Source: an uncultured Candidatus Saccharibacteria bacterium
GTDB taxonomy: Bacteria > Patescibacteriota > Doudnabacteria > UBA920
Assembly (NCBI GenBank): GCA_964521955.1
Contig: CAZFTX010000006.1
Span: forward strand, 1-60,630
Direction: 5' to 3'
Length of the DNA stretch: 60,630 nucleotides
This document shows positions 54,016 to 60,630 of the stretch, in pieces; within the stretch, counting starts at the first letter, position 1; each line of letters opens with the position of its first letter. A program made the position numbers and the translations under genes. The notes below the pieces were generated by a model. It was not told where the DNA came from. It searched no databases and saw only the letters and a program-made list of their open reading frames with translations.

Positions 54016-54040
54016 ACAGCCCTAAAAAAATTAGGGCTGT
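54016..54040 (+). terminator. hairpin after rplY
   Basis: ACAGCCCTAA-AAAAA-TTAGGGCTGT. The T run is 5' rather than 3' of the stem. Confidence 0.45.
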
Positions 54041-54058
54041 ATTAAAAAACAAAATTTA

Positions 54059-54952
54059 ATGAAACGTTACAAAGTTATTTCTAACGAACTTTTACTGGGG
54101 CTTTTGGCTTTAAGCATAGTCCTAGTTTTTGTTGTATTTTGGCTTTTGTCTTCCGTTCAAAGTGAGGGTAACTGGTCAGAACTTCAAAGGCATAAGTTAA
54201 CAGTTACAAATAAACCAAACACAAGCGCGTTAGCAACCGCTCAAAAAATAGCCAGTACGGGGAAAATTAACATTCCTATTTTAACTTACCACCATATAAA
54301 TGACTTATCATTTAACAATACAGAAAGTAAAAAAAGTTTAACTGTGACTCCGGAAAATTTTGAACTACAAGTTGCCTGGCTCAAAGGCCAGGGTTATGAG
54401 TCAATAAGTTTAAACGATATTTTACTGTATTCTAAAGGTTTGGCCTTACCACCCGAAAAACCTATTGTTATTACTTTCAATGACGGTTACGAAGACGCAT
54501 TTGAAAACGCTGTGCCAATCTTGAAAAAATATGGTTTTGTGGGCAGTTTTGGAATCATAACCCAATTTCCAGGATTTAAATACGAAGAAAACTCCTATGC
54601 ATCTTGGTCAACAATTAAAAAGGCTAAGACTTTGGGCATGGAGATAATTTCCCAAACCCAAGACCATTTTGACGGCACAAGTTCAAAATACGACGACGGT
54701 TTTATTTTAAGAAATTTAAATGATTCCCAAGAAGATATTAAGAAGAACTTAGGGACAACAGTTCCAATAATTATTTATCCTTTTGGACGTTACAACGAAA
54801 AGTATTTAAAACTAGTCAAAGAAGCAGGCTTTGAGTTAGGGGTGACTACTAACATTGGTAATTTAATTGACCTTGAAAAACTTCTGGAAATACCTAGGAT
54901 TAAAATTGGGGGTAGCTACAACCTTGAAGCCTTCAAAAACGCTATACAATAA
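54059..54952 (+). CDS. polysaccharide deacetylase (NodB homology) with N-terminal anchor
   Basis: ILTYHHI, ITFNDGYED, IIYPFGRY. Confidence 0.8.
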   Translation: MKRYKVISNELLLGLLALSIVLVFVVFWLLSSVQSEGNWSELQRHKLTVTNKPNTSALATAQKIASTGKINIPILTYHHINDLSFNNTESKKSLTVTPENFELQVAWLKGQGYESISLNDILLYSKGLALPPEKPIVITFNDGYEDAFENAVPILKKYGFVGSFGIITQFPGFKYEENSYASWSTIKKAKTLGMEIISQTQDHFDGTSSKYDDGFILRNLNDSQEDIKKNLGTTVPIIIYPFGRYNEKYLKLVKEAGFELGVTTNIGNLIDLEKLLEIPRIKIGGSYNLEAFKNAIQ

Positions 54953-54979
54953 TTCCTTGCTTTAGAGTGGCTGATTTTA

Positions 54980-55807
54980 TCAGTTTAGACTAATTTCCAC
55001 AATTCTCCATTTTCCTGTTAAGTCTTTGTAAAACTTTTGCCTGCTGTTAGGCAAGGTTTTTTTAATTAGCTTACTTAGAAGTATTTTTTGCCTTGGATCA
55101 AATTCCAAAAAGACAAACTTCGGTGGTATCTTTTTATTAGCAATTTGCTCTAAAAGTTCATGGATTAAAAACAAACCTTTTTCTTTTGTAAATAATGCTA
55201 ACTTTGGTTCATGCTTTATACTCTTCGTCTTCCATTCTTTACTTAAGTAAGGCAAATTAGCTACTAAAACATCAAAGTCCATTCTCACATTCTCAAGAAT
55301 ATCAGAATGTATAAGTTTAACATTAACACCGTTTGCTTTAGCGTTTTCTTTTGCCACCTTTAAAGCTTTTTTTGAAACATCTGTTGCAAAAAATGTACTT
55401 GTTTTTTCTTGCCCCTTAGCACTTAGCCCTTTTGCAAGACTGACCATAATACACCCACTGCCAGTACCAATGTCTAATATTCTAATAGGTTTTAAATTTT
55501 TATTTTTGATTTTTAATATTTGATTTTTTACTAATTCCACCAATTCTTCCGTTTCAGGGCGGGGGATTAATGTATTTTTAGTAACCTTAAACCTTAATCC
55601 ATAAAAGTCTTTATAACCTACCAGGTAGGCAACCGGCTCACCTTTTAACCTTCTTTTTACCAAACTTGATAACTTTATAACTTGAAAACTTGATAACTTT
55701 TTCTTTGGATTAGCATACAAAAATTCCTTGGATTGACCAAGGACGTGGGCGAGCAACAACTCAATTTCAATTTTTTTGTATTTTCCTAAAGATTCTTTGA
55801 TCGTCAT
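54980..55807 (-). CDS. prmC: release-factor glutamine N5-methyltransferase PrmC/HemK
   Basis: LIPRPETE, ILDIGTGSGCI, NLPY (NPPY variant). ATG 55807 preferred over the track TTG at 55819. Lies downstream of prfA. Confidence 0.85.
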   Translation of the reverse strand: MTIKESLGKYKKIEIELLLAHVLGQSKEFLYANPKKKLSSFQVIKLSSLVKRRLKGEPVAYLVGYKDFYGLRFKVTKNTLIPRPETEELVELVKNQILKIKNKNLKPIRILDIGTGSGCIMVSLAKGLSAKGQEKTSTFFATDVSKKALKVAKENAKANGVNVKLIHSDILENVRMDFDVLVANLPYLSKEWKTKSIKHEPKLALFTKEKGLFLIHELLEQIANKKIPPKFVFLEFDPRQKILLSKLIKKTLPNSRQKFYKDLTGKWRIVEISLN

Positions 55808-55817
55808 AATTTTTGTC

Positions 55818-55838
55818 AATTTTGATCAATCTTGGACA
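55818..55838 (+). repeat. 21-nt exact repeat AATTTTGATCAATCTTGGACA (copy 2)
   Basis: See 7588-7608. Lies in the prfA-prmC spacer. Confidence 0.85.
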
Positions 55839-55845
55839 TTTTTGG

Positions 55846-56874
55846 TCAATGCTTCAAAGCTTCTTTCTTAGCCTGAACATCGGCTTTAGCAAGTGCGTCG
55901 AAAATTAAAGAAAACTCACCTTCCATAATAAGGTTAATTTGATTAAAATTTTGGTTAATTCTGTGGTCAGTCACACGATCCTGAGGAAAATTGTAAGTGC
56001 GAATTTTTTCACTCCTGTCACCGGTGCCAATTTGGCTTTTGGTTAAGTCACGAATTTTTTTACTTTCAATTTCTAAGTAGTGAGCAGCGACACGCGCGCG
56101 AATAACCGCCATGGCTTTTTCACGGTTTTGCGCCTGACTTCTTTCATCCTGACACTGAGCGGTAATCCCGGTAGGCAAGTGAGTAATGCGTATAGCTGAA
56201 TAAGTGGTGTTAACACTCTGTCCGCCATGGCCGGAAGAAGTAGTCGCTTCTATGTTTAAATCTTTAGGGTCAATAGAGTAGTCTTTCTCCTCCAGCTCCG
56301 GCAAAACCGCTACAGTTATTGTAGAAGTATGTACGCGACCGCTTTTTTCAGTTTCCGGAACCCTTTGCACCCTGTGAACACCAGACTCATATTTAAACTT
56401 GCTATAAGGACCGGGGTTTCCAGTACCGTGAACCTCAAAAATAACTTCTTTAAAACCTCCGGCGTCGCTTTTGGAACTGGAAACTATGTAAGACTTCCAC
56501 TTATTGCTTTCGGCAAATTTTGCATAAGCCCTAAACATTTCACTTACAAAAAGAGTGGCTTCGTCGCCCCCGGCACCGGCACGAATTTCCACTATGACAT
56601 TTTTCTCGTCGTTAGAATCGGTAGGAATTAATAGCTCGTCTATTTCTTCAATAGTTTTTTCGGCTTCCTTTAAAAAGGCGGTTTTATCTGAAGGAGTTGT
56701 AGTAGCGTCCGCAATCATGTGCTCTAAAAGTTCTAAATTTTCTATTTTTTCTGCAATTGGTTTTAGCTGGTTAAACCTTTTCCCTAAAACAGCATAGTCA
56801 ACAGACTCACCGCTACTCAATTGCGCGTTGATAGTTTTATATTCTTCTTGAATTCGAGTATATTCTGCTTTCAT
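55846..56874 (-). CDS. prfA: peptide chain release factor 1
   Basis: [17 protein letters not shown] (PxT-type), [11 protein letters not shown] (GGQ), [10 protein letters not shown]. prmC lies downstream. Confidence 0.93.
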   Translation of the reverse strand: MKAEYTRIQEEYKTINAQLSSGESVDYAVLGKRFNQLKPIAEKIENLELLEHMIADATTTPSDKTAFLKEAEKTIEEIDELLIPTDSNDEKNVIVEIRAGAGGDEATLFVSEMFRAYAKFAESNKWKSYIVSSSKSDAGGFKEVIFEVHGTGNPGPYSKFKYESGVHRVQRVPETEKSGRVHTSTITVAVLPELEEKDYSIDPKDLNIEATTSSGHGGQSVNTTYSAIRITHLPTGITAQCQDERSQAQNREKAMAVIRARVAAHYLEIESKKIRDLTKSQIGTGDRSEKIRTYNFPQDRVTDHRINQNFNQINLIMEGEFSLIFDALAKADVQAKKEALKH

Positions 56875-56962
56875 ACCTTTAAGATTATTATAGAGTATAA
56901 ACCTAAACTAAAAAAGTACGAATTCGTATATTCGTACTAATTAGTAATTCGTAAAAAATAGG

Positions 56963-57223
56963 TTACTTTTTGTCTCTGGTTTTTCTGGCCTTTTTAGGCT
57001 TAGCTTCACTTTTAAGCTTAATGGCCAAAGCGGAACGCTTTTTAAAGCGGTCAACCGAACCGGTAGCGTCAATAAGTTTTTGTTTACCGGTGTAAAAAGG
57101 GTGACAGTTGCTGCAAATTTCAGTTTTTAAGTCTTCCAATGTGGAACCGGTCACAAAAACGTTTCCACAAGCACAGGAAACCTTAGTGTTAGTATAAAAT
57201 TTTGGGTGAATAGTTGGCTTCAT
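56963..57223 (-). CDS. rpmE: 50S ribosomal protein L31
   Basis: [10 protein letters not shown]...CACGN...[16 protein letters not shown] 57223 (the track start 57247 is an upstream extension). Confidence 0.9.
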   Translation of the reverse strand: MKPTIHPKFYTNTKVSCACGNVFVTGSTLEDLKTEICSNCHPFYTGKQKLIDATGSVDRFKKRSALAIKLKSEAKPKKARKTRDKK

Positions 57224-57350
57224 TATTTCAACGACATAAATGATCAAAATTTAAAAAAATGACATAAGTGACTTTATCTTAAAACATAATCTAATTTTTG
57301 CTCAATTTTGTTCATTTTTAATTATTTTTGTCATTTCATTGTATCAGCTC

Positions 57351-57379
57351 TTGCAAAAACAGTCAAGCTTTGTTATAAT
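57351..57379 (+). promoter_or_regulatory. rpsB promoter (about 100-nt leader)
   Basis: TTGCAA (57351-57356), 17 nt, TATAAT (57374-57379). Leader pairing UUAUCCUU / AAGGAUAA next to the start. Confidence 0.65.
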
Positions 57380-57476
57380 GTTTCCTAGTAATAAATAACC
57401 TAACATACTCCTTACTTATCCTTGCTTTAATAGAGTTTTAAGGCCTATAAGGGGTAGACGAGAAAAGGATAAACAA

Positions 57477-58193
57477 ATGAAAGAGATTACTCTCTTAGAG
57501 CTCCTTAAAAGTGGAGCCCATTTTGGTCATAACACCTCCAGGTGGAACCCAAAAATGAAGCCCTATATTTTCACGGTCAGAAACAACATCCACATATTGG
57601 ATTTGGAAAAGACCAAGAAAGCCCTAACCGAAGCTCTGACTTACTTAAAAAGTGTCGTGGCTAAAGGTGGGACAGTTTTGTTCGTGGGTACTAAAAGACA
57701 AACTAAGGAAATAGTTAAAAACGCCGCTGTCAACTGTGGTATGCCTTACATTAACGTAAGGTGGTTAGGTGGTACTTTTACCAACTTTAAAACTATACAA
57801 AAGACTATCCGCAAGTTAGAGAAACTGGAAAACCTAAAAGCTACAGGCGAGTTGGAAAGCCACTACACTAAAAAAGAAAGACTTTTGGTTGAAAGAGAAA
57901 TTGAAAAAATGAAAAAGCTCTTTGAAGGTATTGTTAACATGAAAAAATTACCGGAAGCAATTTTTGTTACCGACGTAAAACATGAAGACATTGCTGTTAA
58001 AGAAGCAAAAAAAAGCCGAGTAAGCGTTGTAGGCTTAGTAGACACTAACAGCAGTCCGGAAAACGTAAACTTCGTTATCCCTTGCAACGACGATGCTACT
58101 AAAGCTGTTGAACTAATTGCGACCGCTGCCTCAGAAGCTATTGTTGAAGGTAAGTCCACAGTTAGTCCAGTCGTTGTAGCTCCAACAAATTAA
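57477..58193 (+). CDS. rpsB: 30S ribosomal protein S2
   Basis: LLKSGAHFGH...RWNPKM, LFVGTKRQ, RWLGGTFTNF, DTNSSPE. Confidence 0.95.
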   Translation: MKEITLLELLKSGAHFGHNTSRWNPKMKPYIFTVRNNIHILDLEKTKKALTEALTYLKSVVAKGGTVLFVGTKRQTKEIVKNAAVNCGMPYINVRWLGGTFTNFKTIQKTIRKLEKLENLKATGELESHYTKKERLLVEREIEKMKKLFEGIVNMKKLPEAIFVTDVKHEDIAVKEAKKSRVSVVGLVDTNSSPENVNFVIPCNDDATKAVELIATAASEAIVEGKSTVSPVVVAPTN

Positions 58194-58275
58194 TTTAGTA
58201 TTGATAGAAATTTATCAGTATTATCCGTATCATTAGTATTCAAATTCGTATATCAGTATCATAAAATATAAAAAT

Positions 58276-58875
58276 ATGAAAGATTTAATAAAAGAAATTC
58301 GCGAAGCCACCGGCACAGGAATAGTAGAAGTAAAAAAAGCATTGGAAGAGGCCGGCGGAGACAAAGAAAAAGCCATTGAGATCCTAAGAAAAAAAGGCTC
58401 CTTAAAGTTTGGCAAAAAGTCTGACCGGGCCGCTAAAGAAGGGATTGTAGAAGCTTACATTCATCCGGGCGGAAAAGTTGGAGTAATTGTTGAACTTAAC
58501 TGCGAAACCGACTTCGTAGCCAGAACCGACGACTTTAAAAGCTTAGCCAAGGACTTGGCTTTGCACATTGCCGCTTCTAACCCTTTGTATGTTTCTTCCG
58601 AACAAGTTCCGGCAGAAATAATTGAAAAAGAAAAAGAAATCTACAAAGAATCCGCCGCCGCTCAAGCTTCGGCGGACAAGCAACCTTCAGAAGAGATTTT
58701 AAATAAAATTCTTGAAGGTAAAATTGCAAAATACTTTCAAGAAATTTGCTTACTTGAACAGGCTTTTGTAAAAAACCCTGAAACTACAATTAAAGAAGTT
58801 ATTGGTCAGGCAACTGCAAAAATGGGGGAGAATATCGTAATAAAAAGATTTTCTCGCTTTGTTCTAGGTAACTAA
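58276..58875 (+). CDS. tsf: elongation factor Ts (short form)
   Basis: IKEIREATGTGIVEVKKALEEAGGD.EKAIE.LRKKG, EGIVEAYIHPGGKVGVIVELNCETDFVART. Confidence 0.93.
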   Translation: MKDLIKEIREATGTGIVEVKKALEEAGGDKEKAIEILRKKGSLKFGKKSDRAAKEGIVEAYIHPGGKVGVIVELNCETDFVARTDDFKSLAKDLALHIAASNPLYVSSEQVPAEIIEKEKEIYKESAAAQASADKQPSEEILNKILEGKIAKYFQEICLLEQAFVKNPETTIKEVIGQATAKMGENIVIKRFSRFVLGN

Positions 58876-58985
58876 CTAAGAACTAACTGACCGCTACTTT
58901 CTTATAACAAATAATTAATAACTAATAACAAACATTATGTGTTATTATTACATTAGTTAAAGTTTAATTATTTGTATTCACTCTC

Positions 58986-59741
58986 TTGTCTTACCAAATT
59001 CTGCCAAACATACTTTTCATATTGGCTGTCTTAGGAATTATTCTCATAATTCTCAGACGTCTTCCTGAAGCAACCAAGGCAGAAAGCCTGGAGCAGGAAA
59101 GTTTTAAAATGCCTGTGGAGGAAAAACTCAAAGCAAAAGGGCTTCCAACAGTCACCATCTCCAAAATTAAGTCTTTTTTAACTTTCAGAATAGGCAAACT
59201 CTGGCAGTTCATGCTGGAAGCCAAAGACTTAAAACCAGGCTTTAAGGGTAATTACCAAATTCGTAAACTTTTTAAATTTACCAAACAAACTCAAAAAGCA
59301 AACGAATCCCAAAAACCCGAAAACCCAGAAATCATTGCAAAACCCGTAATGGACGAGGCTTACTTTTTGGAAGCAATAAAAAAAGAGCCGAAGAATCTTG
59401 CTCATTACGAGTCCTTAGGCAAGCTTTATCAGGAACAAAGAAACTTCACCGACTCACGGGATATTTTTCTTTACCTAGTTAAACACGACTCTGACAACAG
59501 CGAATACCATGCCAAACTTGCCTACGCCTGCTACCAACTTAAAGAATACGAAACTTCAATTAACCATTACCAAAAATCCTTAGCTCTTGATTCCTCCCAC
59601 CCAAACCGCTATTATAACCTAGGTTTAGGTTTAAAACACTTAAAGAGATACGCGGAAAGCCGCTTGGCTTTGCAAAAAGCTGTAGAGATGGAAAGCGGAA
59701 ACGCCAAGTACAAAGAGGCTTTGGCAAGTTTAAAGAAATAA
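58986..59741 (+). CDS. membrane-anchored TPR-repeat protein
   Basis: TTG start and TM helix ILFILAVLGIILIIL. TPR-like repeats (YESLGKLYQEQRNF, AKLAYACYQLKEYETSINHYQKSLALD, YYNLGLGLKHLKRY). Confidence 0.55.
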   Translation: MSYQILPNILFILAVLGIILIILRRLPEATKAESLEQESFKMPVEEKLKAKGLPTVTISKIKSFLTFRIGKLWQFMLEAKDLKPGFKGNYQIRKLFKFTKQTQKANESQKPENPEIIAKPVMDEAYFLEAIKKEPKNLAHYESLGKLYQEQRNFTDSRDIFLYLVKHDSDNSEYHAKLAYACYQLKEYETSINHYQKSLALDSSHPNRYYNLGLGLKHLKRYAESRLALQKAVEMESGNAKYKEALASLKK

Positions 59742-59761
59742 TAAAAATCTAATTATTTTCT

Positions 59762-59837
59762 GCCGATGTAGCTCAGCTGGTAGAGCAACTCCATGGTAAG
59801 GAGTAGGTCTCCGGTTCAATTCCGGACATCGGCTCCA
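59762..59837 (+). tRNA. tRNA-Thr (anticodon GGU), CCA encoded
   Basis: Hand-folded cloverleaf: acceptor GCCGATG/CATCGGC, D arm GCTC-AGCTGGTA-GAGC, anticodon arm ACTCC-ATGGTAA-GGAGT, T arm TCCGG-TTCAATT-CCGGA, discriminator T, CCA. Confidence 0.95.
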
Positions 59838-59928
59838 GATAATTAGATTTTTGTTAAATTGTGAATAGTGAAATGGTTAAAGTTTTTAGCTATTTCAGTA
59901 TCCACAATCTTTGGTCAGGAGGATCAGG

Positions 59929-60630
59929 ATGAAAGCACTTTGCAGTTACGTAATTCTGGCATGCCTAGTCCTGCCAGCAACCGCAGACGAAATCAACGGC
60001 AAACTTGCCTCGACCCCAATGGAGTGGAAAGTGTATACAGCACCCCACATGGCTCTGTTCCAAAGAGGGGTCGAAGCCATCAAGCCGGCTCAAATTCACT
60101 CCCAAGCCTACAAACAGTGGGTGATGGTAGGGTACGAGGCACAGCCTGTACTCTTGAAAGAGGCTATGCTCTGTGTTCAGCTTTACAAGAAGAGCGGCGA
60201 TGAAGCAGAGCACTGCTTCAGGTCTGTTGACTTGAAAATCTACGCCATCTCAGAAGCCGTCAAGCAGGCTCGACTTGAAGCAGTCCTCGCCGTCAACCTA
60301 CTTGCCGTTGATGTTGCAAAGAAGATTCTCGCCGAAAGCCGGGAAGAAAGAGAAAAAGCGGAAGCGGACATGATGTGGCCGGAATACGAATCTGACGCAC
60401 GCCAAATCCTTGAGAATACGGCTGTCGACAAATCTCTGAAGGCTTTCAGACAATCGGTTCAAACTTTGCGCGCCCGTAGCGCAAAGGAACACCAAAAACT
60501 TCGCAAGCAAGCACGCTTGCACCCCGACCCGGGACGCGACACACCAGTCGCGCCCCGGATTTTCTTTTTACAAACAAATGACCTCCTCCCCGGGCTAAAG
60601 CCCGGGGTTTCCTTTTCCGGCATGAAAACC
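59929..60630 (+). CDS. partial GC-rich ORF: secreted helical protein (hypothetical), open to the window end
   Basis: AGGAGG (59918-59923) sits 5 nt before ATG 59929. Signal-like MKALCSYVILACLVLPATA/DE. 234 codons with no stop, checked codon by codon. Missing from the ORF track because no stop is reached. Confidence 0.5.
   Translation, partial: MKALCSYVILACLVLPATADEINGKLASTPMEWKVYTAPHMALFQRGVEAIKPAQIHSQAYKQWVMVGYEAQPVLLKEAMLCVQLYKKSGDEAEHCFRSVDLKIYAISEAVKQARLEAVLAVNLLAVDVAKKILAESREEREKAEADMMWPEYESDARQILENTAVDKSLKAFRQSVQTLRARSAKEHQKLRKQARLHPDPGRDTPVAPRIFFLQTNDLLPGLKPGVSFSGMKT

Noticed and set aside
59868-60522. Track ORFs 59868-60203 (+), 59965-60213 (-), 60240-60431 (-) and 60298-60522 (-)
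   Set aside because: In GC-rich DNA, spurious frames stay open. The frame from ATG 59929 has an AGGAGG at ideal spacing and a signal peptide, and it stays open for 234 codons. The others are Arg/Ser/Pro-rich shadows.
59838-60630. Calling a prophage or integrative element at tRNA-Thr
   Set aside because: No integrase, no att-type direct repeat of the tRNA 3' end and no phage genes are visible before the window ends. Only the compositional and SD shift is reported.

Overview
AT-rich (about one-third GC by eye), gene-dense bacterial window made mostly of housekeeping genes. These include five aminoacyl-tRNA synthetases (PheRS, lysS, serS, cysS, thrS); replication and repair genes (gyrB, dnaB, dnaE, recR, rmuC, a UvrD-type helicase-nuclease); translation genes (rplU, rplY, rpmE, rpsB, tsf, prfA, prmC, map); and cell-envelope genes (FtsQ-like, SEDS, two GT39, one GT2 and one WecA-type transferase). 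One tRNA-Thr(GGU) is present. Native genes have essentially no Shine-Dalgarno (SD) motif, and several look leaderless. Together with the streamlined content, an archaeal-type UMP kinase and fused or odd synthetases, this suggests a reduced Patescibacteria/CPR-like genome; that placement is inference only. The parts not explained by housekeeping are listed below. (1) A ~10-kb polymorphic-toxin locus holds a 2,534-aa fused TcB/TcC-style RHS protein with two LamG-like insertions and a metallopeptidase payload. It is followed by candidate immunity genes, a HEPN-like gene and an orphan RHS C-terminal cassette that shares a 212-bp identical recombination handle. (2) Several short GC-rich inserts carry their own sigma70-type promoters, strong SD sites, tiny single-TM peptide ORFs and intrinsic terminators. 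A larger GC-rich SD-led segment lies next to the tRNA. (3) A GC-rich structured intergenic repeat family has a hairpin that covaries between copies. (4) The thrS leader has a terminator/antiterminator pair and an ACC-presenting loop (T-box-like). (5) PheRS is of the mitochondrial monomeric type, with a stand-alone PheT-like tRNA-binding domain elsewhere. LysRS is fused to a DUF2000-like domain, and CysRS carries a Zn-ribbon insertion. (6) Several short exact repeats and palindromes look like operators or miniature palindromic elements. No CRISPR array, rRNA, transposase or integrase is visible.
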